Positions 13,726 to 27,305 of a stretch of DNA of 64,000 bases are shown here, piece after piece; the first letter of the stretch is position 1, and each line of letters opens with the position of its first letter. Origin of the DNA: Sminthopsis crassicaudata (taxonomy: Eukaryota). Location of the stretch: assembly GCF_048593235.1 (NCBI RefSeq), contig NC_133622.1:177754001-177818000 (forward strand), in the 5' to 3' direction. Under the pieces are notes generated by a model, which was given only the letters and a program-made list of their open reading frames with translations, was not told the origin of the DNA and searched no databases. Position numbers and translations under genes: made by a program.

Positions 13726-13778
<53 letters not shown>
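13726..13778 (+). repeat. Poly(A)53
   Basis: Counted directly. Confidence 0.95.
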
Positions 13779-13781
<3 letters not shown>

Positions 13782-14429
13782 AGCCAAGAATATTAATGAG
13801 CAGAGTCTTAAGCATAGATCATGGAATTATAGATCAAGAGCTATACAAGTCATCTAATCCACTTTTCTCATTTTACAAAGGAGGAAGATGAAACTCAAAG
13901 AAATAAAATGACTTGTCCAATATCACACAGGACCTAAAAGGCAGATCTGATGATTCTTCTTCATCTATCTCTATACTTATTATTCTTTGACTAACAATAT
14001 ACTGCTTTAAGCTCATATCTTTGGATGTCTCCTTATATATTGATATTGCTGACTAAAGATCTCCCTTTGAATGCATTGATAAAGCTTCCCTCTTCTGCAG
14101 CAGTTGGCAGAAGACTCAATTTTCCCCCGTGAGTATGCTTAGAGCACACTATTTCATTTTCTTTTTTGTCTCCATCTCCTTCTACACACAACTTAAATGT
14201 ATCTGTCAGACCTTTTCAGTTGCTATTTTGCTTCTCATTTCTTGGAGGAGAATCAATTTTGTAGTAGAAATGGCAGACACCAACGTCTAACAAGGACTCA
14301 CTATCCAATGGGAAGTAAGATAAGAAAGCACTCACTTAGTTTGTCTTGCGGTATTCAAATCACCTGGCCCAAATAAGGTTTATCTTTGGGCATAGCAAGA
14401 ACTTGCAAACCAGACTGCTGAGTCACTAT

Positions 14430-15925
14430 CTTTGACATATAAAAGACCATGGGAAATAGGAGAGGTGTTACAGGGCTAAAGAAGGGCAAATGCTATCTCA
14501 GTATTCAAAAGAAAAATGGGGCAGCGAAGAAGTTACAAAGTAAATGCCAGTGAGACTCTCTTTGATTTCTGGGAAAATAGAAGGAATGTGAGAACAGATC
14601 ATCACAGATATGGCAAGTGATATGATGGGAACAAAGTCCTCATGGCTTCTTTAAGAACAGGTAATGCTAGAAAAGAGTTTCATTTCCTCTTTTGATGGGG
14701 TCCTGATACCAATAGGTTAGGGGAATGTCATAAATAAAATGTACCTGATTTTGATAAAGCATTTCACACAATGTCTCTTATGGATAGAAACATGTATATG
14801 ATAACTCTTAAGATATAAATGGAAGTGACTTAAATACTAATTACTGGTTCAATGTTACATCTGAAATATGTGTTCTGCAGAAGCTGTGTTTGCCCAGTGT
14901 TGCTTAACTATTTTTTAATCAAAGGCTTAGATAAAGAAGAATGTCATCAGCTATGCAGATGACACAAAGCAAAGAGAAAGAGAGTTTATGGGCTGGATGG
15001 CAGAATCAAGAGCCAATAAAATGTTGACAGGTTAGAACATAGGGCTAAAATTAAGAAATTGAAGTTCAACGGGCATAAAAATCTTACACTTGAGTTCACA
15101 ATAGTATCTTAGCAAGTGTAAGATGGGGATGGCAGAACTTTAAGCATTTGAAAATAATCTAAACATTTAGGGGGAATGCAAGGTCAGCATCAGCAAGGTG
15201 ATAGTGCAACTAAAACAGCTAGTAGGTTCTTGGATTATATTAAGAAAGATGATGGCTTCTAAGGATAAGAAAGGAACAGTTTTACTGAAGTCGGTCCTGC
15301 TCAAATCAGATGTGGGATATTGCATTCATTTCTTGGCATCTATTTAAAAAATAAAACTGATAAGCTTGTGGAATATTCATCAGAAGGTCATTAAGATGGT
15401 CAGCCAACAAGCATTTATTATATGCTTACTATGTTCCAGACATTGTGGTAAGAGCAGGAGATTAAAAAAAAAAAGGCAAAAATAATGTAACCTTTGCCTT
15501 TAAGCAACTCACATTTTAACAAGTGCAGATTATAAAGGGCCTTAAGTGATGATAAGAAAGGGATAGGCTGAAAGAATGTTCTATTTGGAGAAGAGACTCA
15601 GGGAACATATTAGATGTGTTCATAAAGGGCTTTCTTGTGAAGGTGGGATTAGACCTGGTTTGTTTTACCTCAAAAGGCAATATCAAGGGACAAGTAATTC
15701 AAACTACAGAGATATAGATTCAGGCTTGATACTAAAGGGCAATATTAATAATCAGAGCTGTCTAAAAGAAGAATGGACTACCTTGGGAGGTAGACAGTTT
15801 CTCCTGACTGGATGCTTTCAAAAACAAGTTAGTTCAAGGGTCAGTTATGTGATAGTCTGGATTGTTTCCATAGATGGGTTGGACTAAATGATAATTGAAG
15901 TTTCTTTCAATCTTAGGATAATCCG
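14430..15925 (+). mobile_element. L3/CR1 LINE RT and 3' end (with L2 tail insertion ~15400-15510)
   Basis: Degenerate ANV.PIFKKG, QHGF.KNR, YLDF.KAF and .ADDTK motifs; CR1 tail gatgggttggactaaatgataattgaagtttctttcaatct. Confidence 0.8.
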
Positions 15926-16724
15926 ACACTGATGCCTGCTTCCCTCATCAGAATTAATTAACAAATTTCCCAAGAGCAAAGACTTTGTCATTTTTTTTCC
16001 CACTTCTGCTTCTTAACCCCTAGCAAAGTATCTTGTTTATTTTGGTATTTGTTCCATTGAGCTAAATTGAATTCCTTTTAGAATTGAGACTTTTTCAAAC
16101 TAAAGATCCATTTTGGCCTCTCTCAGCATCACCCTTCTCACCCAGCAAATTGACACTGCTGAGAAATATCACCTTAGGGCTATCATCTTCTCATTGGTGA
16201 CTTCCTTCATGGGGCCACCATTTTAAGAAGGACCCTAACCATGAATCTCTTCACTATCACTGGAACTGTTCTTGGAATCTTCTTCCTAACTTACTATAAC
16301 CAGTCATCTCCTTCTAGTTCCCCCTTATGAATTTCCTTCTAGAAAATTAAACCTTAGAAATCAGCAAAAGCTATAAATCAGGGCTTGATTTATTGTTTTG
16401 ATTATATAGATTTCAGACAATGATAGAGATGATGTTAATTATGCAGATTAAAATTGAGAGTGTTCTGTGTATATTGCTCCCTCTTCTTCCCCCACCTCCA
16501 TAGGTCAGTTTTTATACATTTGCCAGAATACCACTGCCTTTCTGTGTTGTCTTCCCTTCCTGTCATATAAGTTTGATGAGGGCACAATCTGTCTCGTTTG
16601 CTTGGATTTGTATCCCTACAAGTTAGCGCACAGTAAATCCTTAATAATAATTACATTCAATAATATGTTTACCATGCTTTGAAAACCTTTTTCATGTTGA
16701 TCCTAGCTATAATTTTAAATCAAT

Positions 16725-16806
16725 CCTTCCTTCTGTCCTTTCTTCCTTCTTTCTTTCTGCCTCCCCTTCTTCTCTCCTTCTTTCCTTGATTCCCTCCCTT
16801 CCTTCC
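16725..16806. repeat. Pyrimidine-rich (TTCC/CT) low-complexity tract
   Basis: Read directly. Confidence 0.8.
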
Positions 16807-17439
16807 TAGAAAAGTCTGAGCAAGGACACACTTGGGTCTTTATAAGTAAGTGGAAATGGAATGGATTAAAATGGACACAACAAAAATAGCTGATAGGAAT
16901 CTGGAACAAGAGATAAATAAGAAAGTGGCAAGACAGTACCTCCACACCACACAAAATCAGCTTAAAAAGATGAGTCCCACATCTCATACCCTTAGAGTTG
17001 TTCCTGGGAATATGGAAACAGCCATGGAATAGATGTAGCTTAGTCCCTCATTTTATGTTTCTTTTAATAACCAGTAGCTCTTATTCTACCATCATAAAGA
17101 TTCCTAGAGGTGTCCCCGGTGTGCCCAGAAGGTCAGGTGACTGGTGTTTCCTTTCCTTAAATTGAAGCACATATCAAAGACTATAGCTCTATTTATTTAC
17201 CTCTTTTGAAAATCACACTGCCTCTAACAATCATAGGCCAAGTAGGAGTTGGGAAATTGTCTGCATAGAGCTGACCATCTTGAAGCAAATATGTTTATTG
17301 CTTAACTTATTTAGGCAAATTAAAGAAATGGATGACTACATCTTTCTCTTTGTATGAATGGATATAACTACAAGGCTTACAATTTTTTTTTCAAGCAGCT
17401 GAGTATAAGACCTTTGTCTTTTTTCTTGAAATTCAGAAA

Positions 17440-17770
17440 CTGCCTAGCATGATGGAAAAGCTTCAGCTTTGCTCTCAGAGGATCTCCATCCAAGTCCAGT
17501 TCTGCAATTAATTATCTGTGTAGTACGCCAGCAAGTCCCTTAACATTTCTGGTCTCAGTCACTTCATTTTCCATACTTAAGAAATGAGGATCTTGACTAA
17601 GTGATCTGTAAGGTCTCTTCCAATTCTTAATCTATTGTTCTAGATGAAGAAAATGAGGATAAAAGGTAAAAAGTGACTGTTCCAGGTTAAATGGCTAATA
17701 AATGTCAAAGTTGGAATTTGAACCCCGATTTACAGATTCCAAAGTCAATATTATTCCCACTAACACAAAG
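17440..17770. mobile_element. Two MIR SINEs in opposite orientation
   Basis: MIR core on + (caagtcccttaacatttctggtctcagt) and on - (atgaagaaaatgagg...tttgaacccc). Confidence 0.6.
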
Positions 17771-18708
17771 TGTCCTTACCATTAAAGGCATTTCCATGCC
17801 TTTGTTAAGCTTTTGTACTGACTAATTCTCAGATTCCTCATTGCTTGCTCAGAGTCAACTTAAAAATCAATAATTTAAATTTTTTTTTTTAAGAAAGACA
17901 TTATGCACAATGTTACTAACTGGAATGTCTATTCTTCTAAGGTCACTTTGCATCTGGTACTACTGCAGAGTGATTGAATGGGTTTTAAACAGTACAAAGA
18001 GATTTAATATATTATCTTTTCATTTACCAAAAGTAGACTGTATGCACTGATCTATTGATTTCCTTTTTAATCATGAAATATTGCTTTCCTTAGCACATAG
18101 CACATACATCACCCAAAGTGCATGGGTAAAAAGCTTGGATGTTGAAAATACAATCACAAGGAGCATTCTCTCCAAACCCTACAGTTACAGCTTTATTTCT
18201 AAAGTGATATTTTCCAGGAATGAAACTCATTTTGGAAAAATGTATTAAGATGTAGTCACCCCCACATCAATATCATTTCAAAAAAGCCAAAAGCAATTAG
18301 TTTGTAATGTTGTCCTAGGATCAAAATCTTTCACGGAAGAGGAACTGGAAATTCCACAGACTATCAGACAGGCACCATTTTTGACAATGATCTTCTAGTC
18401 CTGCACTATGTCTGAGTACTAGAACAAATACAACATTTAATTAGAGGAATTGATATACAATTTACAATTGGAAATTTAGGGCAAGTCCATCAATATTGAC
18501 CCAATCCCTCAGGCAGGAAACATTTATCAGCTTCCTTTTCTATAAAAAGATTAGCAAATTCTTACCACCAAATCACAAAGAATGTCAATATGGAGAACTA
18601 TGACCAATCGCCACTTGGATAAGCTATACTCCAAAATATTACAGTGATATCCATTTATGAAAAAATGGGTTAAACTAAAAAATAAACCTGATTAAAATTA
18701 ATGAGTTA

Positions 18709-18768
<60 letters not shown>

Positions 18769-18771
18769 ACA
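18709..18771. repeat. (TC)6(AC)n compound microsatellite
   Basis: Read directly. Confidence 0.95.
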
Positions 18772-20673
18772 AACCAACCTATAAAGAGAAGTATTTCCAT
18801 GAAAATATAAGCACACTCTGCTTGTTATCCTAATTCTCCATTTGGTGCATTTTTGAAAATGCAAAGATATACTGTATAAATCCTTGAATGAATGGATGTG
18901 CTGGATAATTCAATTGCTTATTCATTTACCAAGTATTTGAGCCTATACTTTGTGGATAAGAATTTCCCTCCTCCCCCATACTTCTGTCCTATTGAATCAT
19001 TCTTCATAATCATTCATATTCCTTTCTCTTTATTTCTCTCTCCATTAGTTCCAACCTCCTAGAGAGATGAGACCATTCTTACACAGTTCCATAAACTCCC
19101 TATGCCAAAAGCCTCAAGAACCCTTTGTAAAAGAGAGATATTCCTGTTACATATCAAACATAATTCGAATAGTTAACAAATAAAGAACAGAAGAATAGGA
19201 ATCTCAGACAGGAACTTTTTAACCTAGAAAGGACATCCCATGGGAAACCTCAAGGGAATGAACCGCCTCTAAGAAAAAACATTGACTATTCAAGTAGGCT
19301 TTCAGTGTCCTCTTCTGCAATAGCTTTAGCTAACATTGTAAATCTTCATAAACTCTATGTTTTAGACAAACCAAATGACCAGCTCTTCTCCAAATGAGTT
19401 AGTTCATCTCTCACACCCATGTATTTGCACAGGCTATCCCTAAGGAAATTATTTAACCTCAGTTACCTAACCCAACTAGATGGGATGCAGTGAAATATTT
19501 TCTATCTTACTCAAAGGGTTGTATCAGGATTCTATGAGATTTCAGATGTGAAATCAGTTTGCAAAAGTTTTTAAAGATTCTATCAAGTACCAATAATGAG
19601 AAGAATTACTAGTATTATTTTTGGATTACATTTGCAGAGCATTCTCAGGCTTACAAAGCACTTTTTGCACAATATTCCTATGAAATGAGTTAAATAGTTA
19701 TTATTAGCAATGATATCAAAGAATTATGGCTATCATCATCATTAGTCTCCCCTTTCACCTAATGATTGTTCTGAGTATACTTTATGTGTTCCTCATTTTC
19801 CATAAAAACTAAGATTCCCTCCACTTCCTTCCCCTCTCCCCCATCAAGGGCTAATATGATTTCACTCCTCATCATTTTCCATGATTTTTTCCTCTAGGGA
19901 GTATTCAATTGAACAAAAAAGGGAAAAAGAAATATTTTTCTAGAAATATCAATATCCATTAGGAAATAGTATTGGCACCTTCTAAAGGCTGAGAGGAATA
20001 CAGATGGGTAACCTGACTTAGGCCAAGAATCTTATATTTACACTTGAACAATGGAAGTCATAGGAAAGGGAGAGTTTTCTGGATTCACTTTGGGACCACT
20101 GGTGCCATAAGAACAATCTTCAGAGTATTCTGAGCCCTAGCTCTTGAGACACATATCCAGGAACACCTACGTGTGCAGCAGCTATACATAGAGAGCTGAT
20201 AGGACTAACCAAGTTAGGCTAGGGAGTTGGAGTGACTGGGGGACTAACTATATGACTGACACAATCCCAACTAAAGCTAGGGAAGTATCAAGTCTGAGGA
20301 AGACCACAAAATTAACTCTAGGGATTCAAGTTATAATGCAGACCTTGTTCTCAAGAACAGTTGCTGAAATAACTACAACATTAAGGAAAATGTGCTAAAG
20401 AAAAGAAATCAAATCAAAGTGGTTTGAAAAATTTGAAGGACAAAAGATTACATCCATTGGTAAATGAAATGTAGGAATATATTGGGACCTTATGAATACT
20501 TAAGTTTTAGTGAACTTAGCTGAAATTTCAAAAATTCATTTCTGACCCCAAATTCAAAATATTTCTAGCTCCTTCAGACCTTCTAGCATGTCTACTCTGT
20601 TGGGTCAGCTTTCAAATACCTAAGTCACTTAAATCTCTCTACCTCTATTTCCTCATCTATAAAAGGAAGGACT

Positions 20674-20822
20674 GGGGCAGCTAGGTGGCGCAGTGGATAG
20701 AGCACCAGCCCTGAATTCAGGAGGACCCAAGTTCAAATCTAGTCTCAGACACTTAATACTTCCTAGCTGTGTGACCCTGGGCAAGTCACTTAATCTCAGC
20801 CTCAGGGTGGGGGAAATATATA
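20674..20822 (+). mobile_element. Young WSINE1-type SINE inserted in a MIR
   Basis: Near-consensus head with CpG retained; 16-bp perfect TSD tataaaaggaaggact at 20658-20673 and 20823-20838. Confidence 0.92.
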
Positions 20823-20959
20823 TATAAAAGGAAGGACTTTTTGGACCCTAAGTCTCTTTCAACTTTAAATCAATGATCCTATGATCATATCTTCTTCATT
20901 TCATGATATTACTTTGATAATTTAAAAAGAATGGTTAAAAATGTTCATATTTTATGATT

Positions 20960-21640
20960 GGGACAAGTATTGTGATCTAAATAGATATATCAATAATGAG
21001 ATTAAAAACCCCAACAACCCCCAGAAATGCTCTTAGAAATACACAATAATCATAGCAGCATTGGGGGGGGTAGCAAAACACTGAAAATAGTGTGAGTGTG
21101 CATTAAATGGGTAATGATTAAAAAATTATAGTATATGCATAAATAATGAAATGCTATTGTGCTGTAAGAAAATACAAACAAGAGGAAGTCAGAAAAAAGC
21201 TTCTTAATGCAAAGTACAATATGTAGAACTGAGACAATTGTACAATGACTAAGACAGTATTCATGAAAAGAATATGAAAATGAAAGTGAATGTTGTCTAA
21301 TTGCAAAGACTAATCTTTGTCCTAGAGAAAAGATGAGAACATATATCTTTCTCTTGTCCTAGAATATGGGAAGACTATGGATATAGAATGTTACATGTAC
21401 TGCAAAGACTACTATGACTTGCTTTACTTAGTTTTTATTTTCCTTTTCCCATCACAGAGGAAAGCTTACTGGATGGATATCTGAGTTTTACCTGGAAATG
21501 ATGATTTTTGTAAATGCAAAAAGTACCAAGCAAAATTAATTGATAAAATGAAATAATATGAAGTAGTTAGGCTAAAAATAAATATTAGGATGGTTCTGTA
21601 AAATGCAACCCAATATTTATTACTTGATTTTTTGAAACTC
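20960..21640 (+). mobile_element. Old L1 3' end
   Basis: catagcagcatt...tgaaatgctattgtgctgtaagaaa...gactatggatatagaatgttacat. Confidence 0.6.
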
Positions 21641-22829
21641 TCTCTATTAATTATATTTCTGCTGTAAAAATTAAAATGCATTGTTTTTTAATCCATGGTG
21701 TTTTGTTTTTAAATTATTTTGGCAGTTTTCCAGGAGTATGGGACTTTTTTTTTTTTTTAATTTGGCAACTCAACGCTCACTAGAAGTGAATCCAAGATGA
21801 ATTGGAAACAGATGCCATTCAATGTGTGTGTCCCTCCTATCATTGTGATGGCTAATAAAATCAAAATTGTTTCCCTGTTGGAGTTTGAGCCTGTTTAATG
21901 TGTTGGCTTTATCATTATTCAAGCTTCCTGATTTTATCTAATTGTCTAGTTCTAAAAACAAAAGGTTTTTTTTTTTTTAATCAAATAAGTATACAAATGG
22001 ACACCTGTTTTTTTGGAAGCATTCTGCTGGTACCGAGTAATATTGCCTCAGGTCCAATTGAGCATACTGTAGAATGACTTAAATGACTTATTCTAGAGTA
22101 ATAAGAGACTATGTTTTTAATAATGTCAAACCAATGTGATTCTCTTCATTGACTAAAGAACCATTTCACTGCATGTTATAATCTTCCATCATAAATGTTA
22201 CCCCTGTAGAATTGCATGGATCATTTTAAATAGCATGGAAAATACATGCAGAGTGTATTCATAAGGGCCATGACACTGATCCACCCCTAAGCCAACCACA
22301 GCAACTCAAGATTTCAACTGATAATTCTTGTACTATGAATGAATTAATCTATCCCTCTTCTGTTCACTGAAGTAGAAAACTAAGGACAGGAGTAATTCCT
22401 TTTTACATATAGTTCTTTTTATATAAAAATTTCTGTATACATGTACAAGGTAAGGCATTGCTTATTTACTATTACATACTATTTCTTCTCCCTTTGAAGT
22501 ATTTGATTCAAAGATATCTTTTGATCAAAGATATAACAATTTCATTGAGTAGTTCCAATAAGGAGTTATGAGAATAGCAGAGTTCAACTCTGATAAACCA
22601 TCCTTAAGATTCACTTTTTTAGGAATCCCAAAATCCATGGGATTTGAGATTTCACAGACTTTCAGAGATAGAGTTTCGACTCAGGAAGTTCTACAAGGCT
22701 ACTGATGACTAAGGTAAATCTCAGTCTATTGCTGTTGTAGCATGCTTTTTCAAAATGTCATTGATTTGTGAGATCCCAGAGTCCTCAGAACACAAACTCA
22801 TTTTATAACTTAAGGAAATGAGTTATAAA

Positions 22830-23930
22830 ACTAAACCATAGTTGGAAGGGACATAAGAAGCTAACTAACCCAACGCTGAACTAACAGTCACTCTAATAAT
22901 GGGCCCCTCCAATGGGCCCCCCAAGCCATCATCTAGCCTTTGTTTGAGGACTCCTGAAGAGTAAGAGGCATCACCCCTCAATAATGCCAATTTTACTTTT
23001 GGATAGCAAGATTTAGGAAGTTGTTGAGGCTTTACCCCCACCTACTTTAAGTCTAGGTTTTCTTCCTTGCATCTTCCACCTGCTTGCTTGGACTAAAAAG
23101 AACAAGCCTGATCCCTGTTATACAAGATGACCTTTCTAGCCCTTAAAACTATTTCCTCTTCCCTAGCCTTCTCTTCTCAAGGCTGAATATCTCCAAATTA
23201 ACTTAAAGCAATCCTCATATGACTTGGTTTCCAAACCCTTTACCATTTTAGTGGCTTTCTTAAACTGTGGTAACCCTAATTGATCCCAAGGTTTTCTAAC
23301 CCAGGAAGGATACAACAGAACTCTGCTCCAGAATACACAATTTCTTTTACTGCAGCCCAAGATCTCAGGAGGTTTTTGATTGCCCCATTCCATTGCTAAC
23401 TTATATGCAGCATATAGTCCATTGCAGGCCTCAGATCTTTTTCAGACAAGCTGCTGTCTAACCATGCTTCTCTCATCCTATGTTTGGGGAATTAATTTTC
23501 TTTGTTCCTAAAGATGGGATTTTACATTTATACCTGCAGAATTTCATCTTATTTGTTTAAACCTAATGTGTAGGTGTTTGGGATATTTTTGGATTCTGCC
23601 CCTATCCTTTAGGATGCTAAGCATCCCTCTGTTTTGTGCCTTCTGTACATATGATGTACAACACAGATGTGTCCCTTTATCCAATTTGGTGATAAAAATG
23701 TTAAATAAATAGCAAAGGACTCTACAAGCATTTCAGTTATATTTCACTATAGGACTCCTTTTAATCTGATGTTGAACTATTAATATCTCCTCTTGGTGTA
23801 TGGCCATTCAAAGCAATTCCAAACTCATCTCAATTAATATCATCTAATCTCCTTCTCTCAACATCCCTCTCTGTACCATAATATACTTTATGAAATGCTT
23901 TGTGAAACTCTAGGTATGCTCTGCTTAGTA
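22830..23930 (-). mobile_element. L3/CR1 LINE
   Basis: Track ORF 23163..23393 ends KKATKMVKGLETKSYED...LRREG (CR1 ORF2 C-terminus); CR1 tail at 22830-22870. Confidence 0.8.
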
Positions 23931-24986
23931 CAATATTCCCCTTGGGGGACACCTGAGTAAGCCTGTCTAAAAAAGCAATATTCTAAACATTAACAGCAAA
24001 GGGCCAAGCACAAATTGAAAGATGACAAGGTAGTCTAATCTGTGGTCAAGGTCTCCCTTTTACCTTCCTGCCATCTCTCCACTATGAAATTATATGACCA
24101 TTCAGGTGATATATAGAATCTTTGATTCCTTGGCATAAGAGCTAAGCATCCAGATCTCAACCCCTTTCATCTGTATAACAGGAGTAGAGGGAGCAATTGG
24201 AATCAGGAAGAGAAGTGGGATGATTTCTGGGAAGATGAATAAAGAATATATAAAGGAGGAAATGAAGAAGTTTGAATGGTGAAATGAAATATTGTCTATA
24301 CCCCACATGGTCATAGGCCATGAGGGGAGGTGGGAGCTGAGAGGCCTTTGGCATCTGGTTGCCTTTTTCAGAAGAATTCTCTCTCCATAAATATATGAAC
24401 CATTCAGCCCACTACCACCACCAGAGGCACCCTAGTTGGTCTCTCTGAAGATCTAGATAAAATCATGGGCACTAATGGATGAAAGATTGTTTCAAATGAA
24501 AATGACTAAAAACATTTTTTCCTTACTGGATCATTACATAATGCCAACAGCAATAATCCCATTTCTGTAGTGCTGTGAAGGTAATTTTTCTTGATTTTTT
24601 TTTAAAAAGCACTTACCTTAGAGTGGAGGTAGGCAAATAAGGGAAATGTGAGAAAAGTGATACATTGTTTATTATCCCCATTATAGAGATGAGGAAACTG
24701 ACAGGCTATTTGACTTGACTAGAGTCACTCATGAAGTTTAAAGTGGTAAAACACATCAAATCAAGTCCCCCATGGCTGGACATTTATAGGTACCAATTAG
24801 GAAAACTCTAACAATGTCCCAAAGGAAGAACAGTCAGACACTGATTTACACAAAGCCTATTTACACTTCTTTTTCACTGTCTTTTTGATGGAAGATAAAA
24901 AATATTTTATGAAATAATAAGCCTTTCATTATTATTTATTCAATACCATAATGTCCACTGGTATCTTTCCCTCTTAATCAAAGAAA

Positions 24987-25373
24987 TGTGACAATTAAAA
25001 AGTTCAAGAGACAAAATTTCTGGGTAATTTAATAACTTTATTAATTAAGTCAACAGATTATTAATAAAAAGATGGTCATTTGGGCGTTTCTTAGACCAAA
25101 GACCCCTAATGGTGGCAAGGTCACAGTTTATGTGCCCTTTGAAGACGAGGTATTCCTGAGAGATGGCATTGTTTAATGCAATGTGAAATGGATGATCTTG
25201 GGGGTATACGACTTAAGTCTCTCAATGAGACATCAATTTCCATTTTTTCTTTCTTGATAATAGGGAAATTCAAACACAATTAGCAGGAATAAACCCATTA
25301 ACAGATATTTAGTATTTCTTTTACTGTCTAATTAGATCTTGGCTGGGTATATTTCTAAGAGAAATTTCCAACA
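24987..25373 (-). mobile_element. Probable solo LTR (sense to NRG1)
   Basis: Minus strand begins TGTTGG and ends GTCACA, with CATAAA TATA-like box and AATAAA (25037-25042) ~50 nt from the end. No TSD found. Confidence 0.45.
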
Positions 25374-27019
25374 CTGGTTTCTGCATAAGGAAGTAGAAAA
25401 GAGGAAAAACCTTGGTCCTAACATAATAATTAGTTACCCCATCCTAAACCACAATGTGGCAGATTTGAGTGTTTAGAGCAAATCTACCATTTTTTTTTGT
25501 TAGCATACCTAAAATGATTTTCTCTAACTCCTTTGGTAAATGTTCCCTTTTCTGATATTCCACTAGCATTATTTTAAAGAAAATCTTCTAAAAGAAAGCA
25601 CTCCCATCATTGTAGCACTAAAATTGATTAAGAAAGCCTATGCCTGTCCAGTGAAAGATCTTTGAGTTCGTATCTCTGAAATAAAAAAGCAGGACTCTTG
25701 AGGGTATGTTTGTGGATAGGATGAAAATGATTATTACTGCTCTCTTTTACAGTAAAAAATTTCATAGTTGTTTTTTTTTTCAATTTTTGAAACACTTTCT
25801 AAAGTATCCTTCCAAAACAAAAAGGCAGCTGCCTGCACCAAAAGGGACAATCTTTCTCTGAAGCAGGGACTGAGGCCCCTTTCTGAGAGTCAGTGTGATT
25901 TCCTGGAAAAAGCACAGGGCTGGTCCAAGTCTGGAGACCTGATTCCTAGCATTGCCTCTATCACTCATTAGCCATATGACTTCTGCACATGGTACATTCC
26001 CTCAAGAGAATTAAAGCTCCATAAAGGCAGAAAATGTGGGCTTTTTAACTTAGCTTTCTCCTCCGAGCACCTAGCATAGTAAACAGCAGGCTCCTGATAA
26101 ATGTGTGTCAATTTGGCATAGATTAGATGAAGTAACTTTTCACTGGATATCAATTTCCTCATATGTAAAATTAGGATAAAACCACAGCCCTATGAATCTT
26201 ATATAGAATGGCTGTAAGGAAGGGAAATGGTATTTAAAAAAAAACCCTTTGTAAATTGTGACTGGTTATATAGGACAGAATATCTTCAGAAGCACCTTAG
26301 TATCCAAGCATCCTTCCCATGAATTTCAGAAGCTTATGAAAATATTTGTGATGAATGATCCCTTAAGAGCAAAGTATCACTTTCTCAAAACTCAGAACTT
26401 GTAAAAATGTTCTGATTATCTTTAAAAGAAAACGATCTTAATAATTTACTCCATGATGTTAGTGCAGTTGAGCAAAGGCCTATGAGATTGAGGCCATGAA
26501 TTTTCTTTACAGAATTCATTGTCTTGTATGTCTCTAGCTTCAATGAGTGCAGTCTGATGTTTGAATGGAATTTAGACACTCTGTGTCTAATCACACATTG
26601 TCCATATCAGAACTCAAAGAGAAAACAAAGCCGGTATCAGTGAATGAATCAAACAAGCTCCCATTTCTGTAAGCTTATAAGTTTTACAAAGAAATGTTAT
26701 CATGACCATACATTGAGGGAGAAAATACAATTATGATGGTCCTTTTCCCATAGACAAGCAATCAGAAGTAATGGCAGATTATGAGTTACTTTTAGTTGCA
26801 GGGTTAGGAAAAAATGAGACCTAGGATAGAAATCTGGGGCTCTCTCTCTCTCTCTCATCTTGGGGCCTTTCCCAGTATCAAAATTGGAGTCAATAAAGTA
26901 AATTTACTTAGGCCCGGTTGAGTACCAAAATGCAACTGTACCAAAAAGGCTATTATCAAGAGAAACTAAGAGACATTTAGGAAACAAGTGGAAGAGGGAG
27001 AATGCATGCCAGACATTTG

Positions 27020-27305
27020 CTATTACAAATAGATTATATTAAATTATTAAATCCTCCTTACAACCCTGAGAGATGGATGCCATTATTATTCTCCATTTCA
27101 CAATGGAGGTAACTGAGGCAGATAAACATTAGGGACTTAGCCAGGGTCACAGAACTAGTAAGAGTCTGAGGCCAGATTTGAACTCTAGTCCAGACTCAGT
27201 GCTCTGTGTACCAGGTCTCCACCTAGCTGAGGCCAGGTTTGAACTCTGGTCTTTTAATTCCAGACTCAGTGCTCTGTGTACCAGGCCTCCACCTAGCTGC
27301 CTCTA
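27020..27305 (-). mobile_element. MIR/MAR-type SINE with tandemly duplicated 5' head
   Basis: Core gtaactgaggcag...ccagggtcac; head units at 27167-27227 and 27228-27297. Confidence 0.8.
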
